This document shows positions 1 through 8,933 of a stretch of DNA of 32,000 nt, piece after piece. The position numbers were made by a program, and so were the translations under genes. The stretch comes from Sinorhizobium meliloti. Lineage in GTDB: Bacteria > Pseudomonadota > Alphaproteobacteria > Rhizobiales > Rhizobiaceae. The number at the start of each line of letters is the position of its first letter. Position 1 is the stretch's first letter. Below the pieces are notes generated by a model. That model ran no database searches. It worked only from the letters and a program-made list of their open reading frames with translations, and was not told where the DNA came from. The stretch covers positions 3,750,001 through 3,782,000 of the forward strand of contig NZ_JAGIOS010000001.1 in assembly GCF_017876815.1 (NCBI RefSeq). Reading direction: 5' to 3'.

Positions 1-161
1 GTGCGGCAAGACGGTCTGCTGACGGCCGGCCGGCACGCCGGCGGCTTTCGCCCTATCGGAACAGCACGACTTGTGGACAAATCCCGCGGGAACCCAGGGG
101 GCTTTTCCTCGGGGAACCATCAGTCTATAGGTAACCCTCCATCACCGGACCGGAATCCTTT

Positions 162-608
162 ATGCCTTCGACTATCTTTGTGCTGAACGGCCCAAACCTG
201 AACGCGCTCGGCAAACGTGAACCGGGTATCTATGGCGGCAAGACGCTTGCCGACATCGAAGCCATGTGCAAGGAGGAGGCCAAACTCCTGGGCTTCGACG
301 TCGACTTCCGGCAGTCAAACCATGAGGGCACCTTGGTCGACTGGTTGCACGAGGCTGGCGAAAAGGCAGTCGGCATCGCCATCAATCCCGCCGCCTACGG
401 ACACACCTCCATCGCCATGCACGATGCCATTCGGGCGATCACCGTCCCCGTGGTGGAGCTGCATCTTTCCAATATTCATGCGCGCGAAGAATTCCGGCAC
501 AAGTCGATGATCGCGCCGGCCGTCAAAGGCGTTATCTGCGGTTTCGGCGCACAGAGTTACATTCTGGCGCTGCATGCGCTAAAGAACCTGACGGAAAAAT
601 CCAAATAA
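162..608 (+). CDS. aroQ: 3-dehydroquinate dehydratase, type II
   Basis: 148-aa ORF. N-terminus MPSTIFVLNGPNLNALGKREPGIYG and the HLSNIHAREEFRH motif are typical of type II dehydroquinases. It sits directly upstream of accB-accC, a common arrangement. Confidence 0.9.
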   Translation: MPSTIFVLNGPNLNALGKREPGIYGGKTLADIEAMCKEEAKLLGFDVDFRQSNHEGTLVDWLHEAGEKAVGIAINPAAYGHTSIAMHDAIRAITVPVVELHLSNIHAREEFRHKSMIAPAVKGVICGFGAQSYILALHALKNLTEKSK

Positions 609-631
609 GAAGAACACGAGGCTCATATCCC

Positions 632-1108
632 ATGGCTGAAAAGAAACCGGGTATCGATCAGGCGCTGATCCGTGATCTCGCCAATATCCTCAACGATACC
701 GACCTGACCGAGATCGAAGTGGAACAGGACGATCTGCGCATCCGCGTTTCGCGGAACGGCACGCCTGTTGCCATGTCCATGCCGGCGATGCCCGCCTACC
801 AGGTGCCGCCCGCCATCGCCGCCGGCCAGCCGGCTGGTGCGCCCCAGGGTGCCGCCGAAGGCGGTCACAATGCCAAGAACGCAGTGACGGCCCCCATGGT
901 CGGCACCGCCTATCTCGCCCCGGCTCCGGGTTCCCGCCCCTTCATCGAAGTCGGTGCGGTGGTAAAGGAAGGTCAGACGATCCTGATCATCGAGGCAATG
1001 AAGACGATGAACCAGATTCCCGCCCCCCGCTCCGGCAAGGTGACGGAAATTCTCGTGCAGGACGCCGCTCCGGTCGAATATGGCGAACCCCTGATCGTGA
1101 TCGAGTAG
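632..1108 (+). CDS. accB: Acetyl-CoA carboxylase biotin carboxyl carrier protein
   Basis: 158-aa ORF. An Ala/Pro-rich linker is followed by a biotinyl domain with the EAMKTMN biotinylation motif. Stop lies 6-12 nt before accC. Confidence 0.9.
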   Translation: MAEKKPGIDQALIRDLANILNDTDLTEIEVEQDDLRIRVSRNGTPVAMSMPAMPAYQVPPAIAAGQPAGAPQGAAEGGHNAKNAVTAPMVGTAYLAPAPGSRPFIEVGAVVKEGQTILIIEAMKTMNQIPAPRSGKVTEILVQDAAPVEYGEPLIVIE

Positions 1109-1120
1109 GGCACGGTGGCG

Positions 1121-2464
1121 ATGATCTCGAAAATCCTCATTGCCAATCGCGGCGAAATTGCTCTGCGCGTCCTGCGCGCCTGCAAGGAGCTCGGCATCGC
1201 GACCGTAGCCGTGCACTCGACGGCGGACAGCGACGCCATGCATGTCCGGCTCGCCGACGAGAGCGTCTGCATCGGCCCGCCGCCTTCGCGCGAGAGCTAT
1301 CTGAACATCCATCAGATCGTTGCCGCCTGTGAGATCACCGGTGCGGATGCGGTGCATCCGGGTTACGGCTTCCTCTCGGAGAACGCCAAGTTCGCCGATA
1401 TCCTCGATGCGCACGGCATCACTTTCATCGGACCGACTGCCGAGCACATCCGCCTCATGGGCGACAAGATCACCGCCAAGAAGACGGCGGAAGAACTCGG
1501 CATTCCGGTCGTTCCGGGCTCCGATGGCGAAGTGAGGCCGGAGAATGCCCTGGAGATCGCCCGCCAGATCGGATTCCCCGTGCTGATCAAGGCGACGGCG
1601 GGTGGCGGTGGCCGCGGCATGAAGGTCGCCCGCACCGAGGAGGAACTCGAAAATGCGGTTGCGACGGCACGTTCCGAAGCCGCGGCCGCATTCGGCAACG
1701 ACGCGGTCTACATGGAGAAGTTTCTCGGCAAGCCGCGCCATATCGAAATACAGGTCGTCGGGGACGGCGAAGGCAATGCGATCCATCTCGGTGAACGCGA
1801 CTGCTCGCTGCAGCGCCGCCATCAGAAGGTATGGGAAGAAGCCAACTCCCCGGCCCTGAACGTCGAACAGCGCATGAAGATCGGTCAGGTCTGCGCCGAC
1901 GCGATGAAGAAGTTGAAGTATCGCGGCGCCGGCACGATCGAATTCCTCTACGAGAACGGCGAGTTCTACTTCATCGAGATGAACACGCGCCTGCAGGTCG
2001 AACACCCGATTACCGAAGCGATCACCGGGATCGACCTCGTGCACGAGCAGATTCGCGTGGCGTCCGGAGCCGGCCTGTCCGCCAAGCAGGAGGATATCGT
2101 CTTCTCCGGTCACGCCATCGAATGCCGCATCAATGCCGAAGATCCGCGCACCTTCGTCCCTTCCCCGGGCACGATCACGCATTTCCACGCCCCGGGCGGC
2201 CTCGGTGTGCGCGTCGACAGCGGCGCCTATCAGGGTTACCGCATACCCCCCTACTATGACAGCCTGATCGGTAAGCTGATCGTCCACGGCCGGACGCGCG
2301 TCGAGTGCATGATGCGGCTGCGCCGCGTGCTTGACGAATTTGTCATCGACGGCATCAAGACGACTCTTCCCCTTTTTCAGGACCTGATCAACAATCAGGA
2401 TATCGCAAACGGCGATTATGATATCCATTGGCTGGAGCACCATCTGGCCACAACATCCGCATAG
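1121..2464 (+). CDS. accC: Acetyl-CoA carboxylase biotin carboxylase subunit
   Basis: ORF opens at GTG 1115, but ATG 1121 gives the canonical [26 protein letters not shown]-terminus. ATP-grasp motifs are present ([18 protein letters not shown]). Confidence 0.92.
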   Translation: MISKILIANRGEIALRVLRACKELGIATVAVHSTADSDAMHVRLADESVCIGPPPSRESYLNIHQIVAACEITGADAVHPGYGFLSENAKFADILDAHGITFIGPTAEHIRLMGDKITAKKTAEELGIPVVPGSDGEVRPENALEIARQIGFPVLIKATAGGGGRGMKVARTEEELENAVATARSEAAAAFGNDAVYMEKFLGKPRHIEIQVVGDGEGNAIHLGERDCSLQRRHQKVWEEANSPALNVEQRMKIGQVCADAMKKLKYRGAGTIEFLYENGEFYFIEMNTRLQVEHPITEAITGIDLVHEQIRVASGAGLSAKQEDIVFSGHAIECRINAEDPRTFVPSPGTITHFHAPGGLGVRVDSGAYQGYRIPPYYDSLIGKLIVHGRTRVECMMRLRRVLDEFVIDGIKTTLPLFQDLINNQDIANGDYDIHWLEHHLATTSA

Positions 2465-2473
2465 GATACGACA

Positions 2474-3088
2474 TTGAAGGAGACGCGCAGCAAACAACCG
2501 GATATCACGCCGGACATGTTGTTGCGCGCCTACTCGATCGGACTCTTCCCCATGGCCGACTCGGCCGACGATCCGGAACTTTTCTGGGTCGAGCCCGAGA
2601 TTCGCGGCATCATTCCGCTGGACCGGTTTCACGTCTCGCGCAGCCTCGCCAAAGCGATCCGCAGGCGCCCCTTCGACATTCGCTTCGATACGGCCTTCGC
2701 TGAAGTCATGGAGGGGTGCGCGCAGCCCGCACCGGACAGGCCGACGACGTGGATCAACGACACGATCCGCTCCCTCTATGCGGCCCTGCACAATATGGGT
2801 CATGCGCACAGCGTCGAGGCCTGGGAGGGAGATGCGCTCGTCGGCGGCCTCTACGGCGTTTCACTCGGCGCAGCCTTTTTCGGCGAGAGCATGTTCTCGC
2901 GCCGCACCGGCGCATCCAAGATCTGCCTCGTCCATCTGGTCGAGCGATTGAGGTCGAAGGGGTTTCAGCTCCTCGACACGCAGTTCACGACCGAACACCT
3001 GAAGTCCTTCGGCGCAGTCGACGTGCCGAAGGCTCAGTACGAAGTTCTGCTCGCGAAAGCGATCGCCTCGCCAAATCTCGAATTTTGA
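2474..3088 (+). CDS. aat: Leucyl/phenylalanyl-tRNA--protein transferase
   Basis: 204-aa ORF with a TTG start. Conserved blocks [35 protein letters not shown] and GESMFSR match the L/F-transferase family. No in-frame ATG lies upstream of the conserved ITPDMLL block. Confidence 0.85.
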   Translation: MKETRSKQPDITPDMLLRAYSIGLFPMADSADDPELFWVEPEIRGIIPLDRFHVSRSLAKAIRRRPFDIRFDTAFAEVMEGCAQPAPDRPTTWINDTIRSLYAALHNMGHAHSVEAWEGDALVGGLYGVSLGAAFFGESMFSRRTGASKICLVHLVERLRSKGFQLLDTQFTTEHLKSFGAVDVPKAQYEVLLAKAIASPNLEF

Positions 3089-3182
3089 GGATTATGCCTT
3101 CTCAAAGGGAAGGCTTACGCTTTGCGTCGCTCCAGTGACACGCACAGGGAGAACGATCGCAGAAGGCGCCTTGTCAAGTGCT

Positions 3183-3656
3183 CTATTGCTTTGCCGCAGT
3201 GTCGGGCGGCGGAACTTCGGAGGTGGACTTGCAGGATTGCAGCCAAACGTCATAGACGGGGTGCTCGACGGCGTTGAGCCCCGGGCTGTCGGCAAACATC
3301 CAGCCGGTAAAGATGCGGCGGATCTTCCGGTCGAGCGTGATTTCGTCCACCTCCACAAAGGTGGTCGTCTTCGGCGCTTCCGTTTCGTCGCGGCTGTGGC
3401 AAACGCGCGGAGTTACCTGCAACGCACCGAATTGCACCGTTTCGCCGATATAGACGTCAAAGCTGGTGATGCGGCCGGTGATCTTGTCGATGCCGGAGAA
3501 GACCGCCACGGCGTTGGAAAGGCGTGCCGCCTGCGCGGTTTCGACGGCAGACGTCACCGGAGCGGCAAGGAGAAGGGCAATGGCCGCAAACCGCCCTCCC
3601 CGGCCAATCAAATCCCGCAGACAGAAACCCGCCATTACCGCCAATCCCCCGCACAT
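3183..3656 (-). CDS. DUF2155-like secreted protein (signal peptide)
   Basis: 157-aa ORF with a hydrophobic N-terminal signal-like segment (FAAIALLLAAPVTSAVETAQA). The rest resembles the alphaproteobacterial DUF2155 family as I recall it. The start is uncertain (ATG 3656 or ATG 3635). Confidence 0.65.
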   Translation of the reverse strand: MCGGLAVMAGFCLRDLIGRGGRFAAIALLLAAPVTSAVETAQAARLSNAVAVFSGIDKITGRITSFDVYIGETVQFGALQVTPRVCHSRDETEAPKTTTFVEVDEITLDRKIRRIFTGWMFADSPGLNAVEHPVYDVWLQSCKSTSEVPPPDTAAKQ

Positions 3657-3712
3657 TGCTGTTAGTCCCGGATGGACTTCAGGCGCTAAACCCGAAATGT
3701 GGCTGCGCCGTG

Positions 3713-3737
3713 ATCGTCCCGCAAGTCGCGGGACGAT
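3713..3737 (-). terminator. Perfect 10-bp stem-loop after the NDUFA12-like gene (no U-tract)
   Basis: atcgtcccgc-aagtc-gcgggacgat lies 17 nt downstream of the stop at 3754 on the minus strand. No T-run follows, so it could be a partial terminator or an mRNA-stabilising or processing hairpin. Confidence 0.35.
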
Positions 3738-3753
3738 GCCCGAGAAGCCCGGC

Positions 3754-4149
3754 TCAGGAGCGCGGCGTCCAGGCGTCGTAGTCGCCGGTCACACGCGGGC
3801 GCTTGCCGGCACCGGCAATCGACCCTTTCGGCCGGTAGGCATTGGGCGTACCGGTCGGGTTGGCGCGGTGCGGCTTCTGCCATTCGCGGACCGCATATTT
3901 CTCGTCGGCGGGGGAGACGTCGGTGCGATGATGCATCCAGCCATGCCAGCCCGGCGGGATCGCAGACGCCTCGGCGGGACCGTTGTAGATCACCCAACGC
4001 CGCGTCCGTCCCTCGGAGTCCGTGCCGCCCTGATAGTAGACGTTGCCGAATTCGTCTTCCCCGACGCGCTGGCCATGGCGCCAGGTGTGAAACCGGGTAC
4101 CGATCGTCTGTCCATTCCACCAGGTGAAAATCTGCAGCAGGAGCTTCAT
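3754..4149 (-). CDS. NADH:ubiquinone oxidoreductase subunit NDUFA12-like protein
   Basis: Sequence MKLLLQIFTWWNGQTIGTRFHTWRHGQRVGEDEFGNVYY...RRWVIYNG...IPPGWHGWMH matches the NDUFA12/B17.2 family signature. ATG 4149 has an AAGGA 8 nt upstream; the ORF-track start at 4155 is too close to that SD. Confidence 0.8.
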   Translation of the reverse strand: MKLLLQIFTWWNGQTIGTRFHTWRHGQRVGEDEFGNVYYQGGTDSEGRTRRWVIYNGPAEASAIPPGWHGWMHHRTDVSPADEKYAVREWQKPHRANPTGTPNAYRPKGSIAGAGKRPRVTGDYDAWTPRS

Positions 4150-4316
4150 ATGCATCGTCCTTTACCGGCCGATGGGAGCCGGCCGGATATCAAAATCTCG
4201 CCCCCGCTTATGCCGCGCCGCTTTCGCCTTGTCCAGTGATTCCGCTCCCGGCTCGGGTCTTTCACCCGCATCTCGAGGCCGAAGCGCCTGTGTTCGCATC
4301 GATGCGGCGTGAAAGG

Positions 4317-4814
4317 TCAGGAAAGGCGCTTTTCCAGGATGAGCGCCGGTATGCCGGACTGCTCGTCGCCGCAACTGGATGTTTTTGCGACTTCCACAAA
4401 TCCGTGCGCGCGATAAAAGGCGAGCGCGTGCAGGTTCTGCGGCTCCACCTCCACCCGCATGCGTTCCGCATCCGGGAAGCAGGTCTCGAGCTCCGCGAAC
4501 ATGTCGCGGCCGACGCCATGGCGTTGATGCTTCGGCAGCACATAGAGCTGGTGCAGCACGGCTGTCTTTTCCAGCGACTCGGACATGGCGGCATAACCCA
4601 TGCCGGCAAGCTCGCTGCCGTTGTCGGCGACGACAAACTCGGAATGCTTGCGCTGCAGGCGCGCGCGAAGGGCCTCGATCGAATGCCACTTCGCCGTCAG
4701 TTCATTGACCTTTTCGGCACCGTAGAACGTATCGTAGGTCGCGTGCCACGTCTCGGCGAGCAGAGCGCGAACCTTCTCGAGGTCACGCTCGCTCGCGGTT
4801 CGGACGAAGAACAT
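4317..4814 (-). CDS. GNAT family N-acetyltransferase
   Basis: 165 aa from the internal ATG at 4814 (MFFVRTASERDLEKV...). Acetyl-CoA binding core is LYVLPKHQRHGVGRDMF. The ORF-track extension up to 5066 overlaps gatB and is rejected. The start lies 2 nt after the gatB stop. Confidence 0.85.
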   Translation of the reverse strand: MFFVRTASERDLEKVRALLAETWHATYDTFYGAEKVNELTAKWHSIEALRARLQRKHSEFVVADNGSELAGMGYAAMSESLEKTAVLHQLYVLPKHQRHGVGRDMFAELETCFPDAERMRVEVEPQNLHALAFYRAHGFVEVAKTSSCGDEQSGIPALILEKRLS

Positions 4815-4816
4815 CG

Positions 4817-6319
4817 TCACTCCTCGATGCCGAGTTTGGATTTTACCAGGGCCTGCACCGCCTGCGGATTGGCCTTGCCGCCGGTCGCCTTCATCACCTG
4901 CCCGACGAACCAGCCGGCGAGCGACGGCTTCGCCTTGGCCTTTTCCACCTGGTCGGGATTGGCGGCGATGATCTCGTCGACCGCCTTCTCGATCGCACCG
5001 GTGTCGGTGACCTGCTTCATACCGCGGCTCTCGACGATTTCGGCCGGATCGCCTCCCTCGTTCCAAAGGATTTCGAAGACGTCCTTTGCGAGCTTGCCGG
5101 AAATGGTGCCATCCTTGATGAGATCGATGATGCCGCCGAGCTGCGCCGGCGAGACCGGCGTTTCCTCGATGGTCTTGCCGGCCTTGTTCAGCGCGCCGAG
5201 AAGATCGTTGATCACCCAGTTCGCCGCCGCCTTGCCGTCACGGCCTTCGGCCACGGCTTCGAAGTAATCGGCAATCGCCTTTTCCGAGACGAGAACGGAC
5301 GCATCGTAAACGGACAGGCCGAGATCGCGAACGAAGCGTTCCTTCTTGTCGTCCGGCAATTCGGGAAGGTCGGCCTTGAGCGCTTCCACGAAGGCATCGT
5401 CAAACTCGAGCGGCAGGAGATCCGGATCGGGGAAGTAGCGGTAGTCGTGCGCCTCTTCCTTCGAACGCATGGAGCGGGTCTCGCCCTTGTTGGCATCGAA
5501 GAGCCGGGTCTCCTGGTCGATCGCGCCGCCGTCTTCAAGGATCGCGATCTGGCGACGGGCCTCGTACTCGATCGACTGGCCGACGAAGCGGATCGAGTTG
5601 ACGTTCTTGATTTCGCAGCGCGTGCCGAAAGCTTCGCCCGGACGGCGAACCGAGACGTTGACGTCCGCGCGCATCGAGCCCTCGTCCATATTGCCGTCGC
5701 AGGTGCCGAGATAACGCAGGATCGAGCGAAGCTTGGTGAGATAGGCTTTCGCCTCGTCCGACGAACGCAGGTCCGGCTTCGAGACGATCTCCATCAGCGC
5801 GACGCCCGACCGGTTGAGGTCGACATAGGACATGGCGGGATGCTGGTCGTGCATCGACTTGCCGGCATCCTGCTCCAGATGCAGGCGCTCGATGCCGATC
5901 TCGACGTCTTCGAACTGCCCCTGGCGGTCCGGACCGACGGAAATGATGATCTTGCCCTCGCCGACGATCGGGTCCTTGTATTGCGAGATCTGGTAGCCCT
6001 GCGGCAGGTCCGGATAGAAATAGTTCTTCCGGTCGAAGATCGAGCGATTGTTGATCTTTGCCTTCAAGCCCAGGCCGGTGCGCACGGCCTGCTTGACGCA
6101 TTCCTCGTTGATGACCGGAAGCATGCCCGGCATTGCGGCATCGACGAGCGAAACATTGGCATTCGGCTCCGATCCGAACTCGGTCGACGCACTGGAGAAC
6201 AGCTTCGAATTGCTCAGCACCTGCGCATGGACCTCCATGCCGATGATGACCTCCCAGTCGCCGGTGGCGCCTGGAATGAAGCGTTTCGGATCAGGAGTGC
6301 GGACGTCGACGATGCTCAT
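4817..6319 (-). CDS. gatB: Asp/Glu-tRNA(Asn/Gln) amidotransferase subunit B
   Basis: 500 aa from ATG 6319 ([34 protein letters not shown]...). Homology-type motifs run along the whole length, including the C-terminal GatB/YqeY domain. The upstream 44 codons of the ORF are not GatB-like. Confidence 0.93.
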   Translation of the reverse strand: MSIVDVRTPDPKRFIPGATGDWEVIIGMEVHAQVLSNSKLFSSASTEFGSEPNANVSLVDAAMPGMLPVINEECVKQAVRTGLGLKAKINNRSIFDRKNYFYPDLPQGYQISQYKDPIVGEGKIIISVGPDRQGQFEDVEIGIERLHLEQDAGKSMHDQHPAMSYVDLNRSGVALMEIVSKPDLRSSDEAKAYLTKLRSILRYLGTCDGNMDEGSMRADVNVSVRRPGEAFGTRCEIKNVNSIRFVGQSIEYEARRQIAILEDGGAIDQETRLFDANKGETRSMRSKEEAHDYRYFPDPDLLPLEFDDAFVEALKADLPELPDDKKERFVRDLGLSVYDASVLVSEKAIADYFEAVAEGRDGKAAANWVINDLLGALNKAGKTIEETPVSPAQLGGIIDLIKDGTISGKLAKDVFEILWNEGGDPAEIVESRGMKQVTDTGAIEKAVDEIIAANPDQVEKAKAKPSLAGWFVGQVMKATGGKANPQAVQALVKSKLGIEE

Positions 6320-6452
6320 GTCATGCTCTTCTTTGAAGCCTGAATTCGTGGTTTCTCGGTAGAGCAATTGATCCCACGGTGCAAGCTTGTAAGGCGCGGC
6401 CGCACACATGGGGCACTGGACAATGCCGGCTCTGGCAGCCGGTCTTTGCAAC

Positions 6453-6481
6453 CTTGACGATTGCGCGACGATCTCCTAGAA
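6453..6481 (+). promoter_or_regulatory. Candidate sigma70-type promoter (CTTGAC-N17-CTAGAA)
   Basis: CTTGAC at 6453-6458, a 17-nt spacer, then CTAGAA at 6476-6481. This resembles the rhizobial CTTGAC-N17-CTATAT consensus. It faces the yjhX-like gene about 170 nt downstream. Pattern match only. Confidence 0.3.
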
Positions 6482-6653
6482 AGCGCGAGATCCGACAGGA
6501 GTATTTATGTTCCATCAGTCTGAGTCCCGGTAAGGGCCCTGCCCGCTTCCACTGAAAAGCGTGCATGGGCCGGAAACGTGAACCCCGCTCTTCTCACGAA
6601 GAACGGAACGTTTTCCTGCGTTCTGATGAACGCTATTCCGGAATACTCTAACG

Positions 6654-6908
6654 ATGGACATTTCGCGCGCCGAACAGCGCATTCTTCACCATTTGGCCCA
6701 GGGCGGCCGCATTGAAATCACCCGCGAAGGCAAGGCGATCGCGGAAATTCGCTGCTTTACGAGAGACGGCTGGGTCTATCCCGGCGTAGATCTCGAGCTT
6801 TTCCGTAAGCTGAAACGGAAGAGAGCGATCAAGTCATCCGCCGGTAAGCCGTATCGCATTACCGAACGCGGACTGCATCTGGTCAGATCGGAGCTCAACA
6901 ACCGCTGA
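6654..6908 (+). CDS. yjhX: YjhX/TopAI-family (UPF0386) toxin homologue
   Basis: 84 aa: MDISRAEQRILHHLAQGGRIEI...LELFRKLKRKRAIKSSAGKPYRITERGLHLVRSELNNR. From memory it aligns along its full length with E. coli YjhX (MNLSRQEQHTLHVLAKGG...KKLKTKKLIKS..GQPYRI...R..LDNR). Confidence 0.85.
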   Translation: MDISRAEQRILHHLAQGGRIEITREGKAIAEIRCFTRDGWVYPGVDLELFRKLKRKRAIKSSAGKPYRITERGLHLVRSELNNR

Positions 6909-6925
6909 GCGCCGGCGATCCGCAT

Positions 6926-6965
6926 CGCATCGATACCGGAGATATCGTCTCCGGTGTTCGATGCG
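6926..6965. terminator. Extended hairpin between the convergent yjhX-like and gatA genes
   Basis: cgcatcga-t-accggaga / tatcg / tctccggt-gt-tcgatgcg forms 8+8 bp with a small internal bulge. It lies in the 103-bp gap between the stops at 6908 (+) and 7012 (-). Neither side has a clear U-tract. Confidence 0.4.
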
Positions 6966-7011
6966 GTCGGTATCGCCGCGATTTCCGGCAGCTTGCGGTC
7001 TCTTTACGCCG

Positions 7012-8493
7012 TCACCACCATTTGGACGCCGTGAAGCGGCCGGCTGCCTGTTCGATGACATGGGCCGTCTTGAACAGCGTTTCTTCCTCGAAGGGCTTGC
7101 CGATGAGCTGCAGACCGAGCGGCAGCCCCTTGCGGTCGAGCCCGCCCGGCACCGCAATGCCCGGAAGGCCGGCCATGTTCACCGTCACGGTGAAGATGTC
7201 GTTCAGGTACATCTTCACCGGATCGGATGCGAGGTCCTCGTCGGCAATGCCGAAGGCAGAGGACGGCGTGGCCGGCGTCAGGATCGCATCGACGCCCGCC
7301 TGAAATGCGAGCTCGAAGTCGCGCTTGATCAAAGTCCGGACCTTCTGCGCGCGCAGGTAATAGGCGTCGTAATAGCCGGCGGAAAGCACATAGGTGCCGA
7401 TCATGATGCGACGCTTTACCTCCTGGCCGAAGCCGGCGGCGCGCGTCTTCTCATACATGTCGATGATGTCCTTGCCGTCGACGCGCAGGCCGTAGCGAAC
7501 GCCGTCGTAACGCGCGAGGTTGGACGACGCTTCGGCCGGAGCGACGATGTAGTAGGCGGGCAGCGCGTATTTCGTATGCGGCAGCGAGATATCGACGATT
7601 TCGGCGCCGGCGTCCCTAAGCCAGACGATACCCTGCTGCCAGAGCGCCTCGATATCCTCCGGCATGCCGTCGACGCGGTATTCCTTGGGAATGCCGATCC
7701 GCATGCCCTTGATCGACTGGCCGATCGCGGCTTCGTAGTCCGGCACCGGCAGATCGACGGACGTCGTGTCCTTCGGATCGATGCTCGCCATCGACTTCAA
7801 CAGGATCGCCGCATCGCGCACGTCGCGGGCGATCGGGCCCGCCTGGTCGAGCGACGAGGCGAAGGCGACGACGCCCCAGCGCGAGCAGCGGCCATAGGTC
7901 GGCTTGATGCCGACGGTGCCGGTGAACGCCGCCGGCTGGCGAATCGAGCCACCGGTATCGGTCGCGGTGGCGCCGGCGCAAAGACGCGCCGCGACCGCGG
8001 CCGCCGATCCGCCGGAAGAGCCGCCCGGAACCAGGTCCAGATTCGAGCCCTTAGCGCGCCACGGGTTCTTGACCGGTCCGTAATAGGAGGTCTCGTTAGA
8101 CGAGCCCATGGCGAACTCGTCCATGTTAAGCTTGCCGAGCATGACGGCGCCGTCGTTCCACAGGTTCTGGGTCACGGTCGACTCGTAGCGCGGCTCGAAT
8201 CCGTCGAGTATGTGGCTGCATGCCTGCGTGTGGATGCCCTCCGTGCCGAAGAGATCCTTGATACCGAGCGGGATACCCTCGAGCGCGCCGGCCTTACCGC
8301 CTGCGATGCGGGCGTCCGAGGCCTTCGCCATCTCGCGCGCCTTTTCCTGCGTAACGGCGACATAGGCGTTGATCGTCTCGTTGGCTGCCTCGATCGCGCC
8401 AAGATAGGCGTCGGTCAACTCGACCGCGGTGATTTCCTTGGCGGAAAGCTTCGCGCGGGCTTCGGCGATCGTGAGGCTCGTAAGGTCGGTCAT
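7012..8493 (-). CDS. gatA: Asp/Glu-tRNA(Asn/Gln) amidotransferase subunit A
   Basis: 493 aa from ATG 8493 ([16 protein letters not shown]...). Amidase signature is [16 protein letters not shown]; the [10 protein letters not shown] block is also present. Confidence 0.93.
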   Translation of the reverse strand: MTDLTSLTIAEARAKLSAKEITAVELTDAYLGAIEAANETINAYVAVTQEKAREMAKASDARIAGGKAGALEGIPLGIKDLFGTEGIHTQACSHILDGFEPRYESTVTQNLWNDGAVMLGKLNMDEFAMGSSNETSYYGPVKNPWRAKGSNLDLVPGGSSGGSAAAVAARLCAGATATDTGGSIRQPAAFTGTVGIKPTYGRCSRWGVVAFASSLDQAGPIARDVRDAAILLKSMASIDPKDTTSVDLPVPDYEAAIGQSIKGMRIGIPKEYRVDGMPEDIEALWQQGIVWLRDAGAEIVDISLPHTKYALPAYYIVAPAEASSNLARYDGVRYGLRVDGKDIIDMYEKTRAAGFGQEVKRRIMIGTYVLSAGYYDAYYLRAQKVRTLIKRDFELAFQAGVDAILTPATPSSAFGIADEDLASDPVKMYLNDIFTVTVNMAGLPGIAVPGGLDRKGLPLGLQLIGKPFEEETLFKTAHVIEQAAGRFTASKWW

Positions 8494-8541
8494 GGTGCAA
8501 TCGGACTTTCGCATTCGGAACGGCTGGACGGGCGGCGGTGG

Positions 8542-8829
8542 TTACTCGACCACCTTCGGAACGAGGAAGAAGTTGCGATCCGAGTTCGGCGCATTGGCGA
8601 CAATGTCGTCCGCCTTGTCACCATCCGCGACGATGTCGTCGCGCTTTTTCATCTTCATCGGCATCACCGACGTCATCGGCTCGACTCCGTCGACATCCAC
8701 TTCGGAGAGCTGCTCGACGAAGCCCAGGATACCGTTGAGTTCGCCGGTCATCCGCTCGGCTTCCTCATCGCTGACGGCGATGCGGGCAAGGCGCGCGACG
8801 CGCTTCACGGTGGCAAGGTCTACGGACAT
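8542..8829 (-). CDS. gatC: Asp/Glu-tRNA(Asn/Gln) amidotransferase subunit C
   Basis: 95 aa from ATG 8829 ([41 protein letters not shown]...). GGAGA lies 8 nt upstream. It sits 48 nt upstream of gatA. The 286-aa ORF-track extension is rejected. Confidence 0.9.
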   Translation of the reverse strand: MSVDLATVKRVARLARIAVSDEEAERMTGELNGILGFVEQLSEVDVDGVEPMTSVMPMKMKKRDDIVADGDKADDIVANAPNSDRNFFLVPKVVE

Positions 8830-8859
8830 GATCATCTCCGGTATCGCAAAGTTTCCCCC

Positions 8860-8888
8860 GCTATAAAGGCGAGTTGCACAACGTGCAA
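8860..8888 (-). promoter_or_regulatory. Candidate gatCA promoter (TTGCAC-N17-TATAGC on the minus strand)
   Basis: On the minus strand, TTGCAC (plus 8883-8888), a 17-nt spacer, then TATAGC (plus 8860-8865), about 30 nt upstream of the gatC ATG. The -35 lies inside a perfect 9-bp inverted repeat at 8871-8891. Confidence 0.4.
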
Positions 8889-8933
8889 CTCGCGAATGGC
8901 GCCGACCGGCTTCGGGCGGGGCTGCGCCCTTCT

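Noticed and set aside
1-186. 61-aa ORF at the window start and a possible upstream gene end
   Set aside because: No recognisable motifs, and it overlaps the aroQ start. It is most likely non-coding promoter or leader sequence. The window edge prevents further judgement.
623-2809. 728-aa minus-strand ORF spanning accB, accC and aat
   Set aside because: It is antisense to three genes with unmistakable family motifs. Its composition is Arg/Ala/Gly-rich and low-complexity, typical of shadow ORFs in GC-rich DNA.
3089-3182. Short hairpin gccttc-tcaaagg-gaaggc between the convergent aat and DUF2155 genes as a terminator
   Set aside because: It has only 6 bp and a weak T-run. It is plausible but too weak to list as a feature.
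4815-5066. 5' extensions of ORF-track entries: GNAT to 5066, gatB to 6451, gatC to 9402, ruvX from 9303, AEC from 10595, plsY from 15708
   Set aside because: The extensions overlap neighbouring genes or lack family similarity. Internal ATGs give the canonical N-termini, mostly with better SD spacing.
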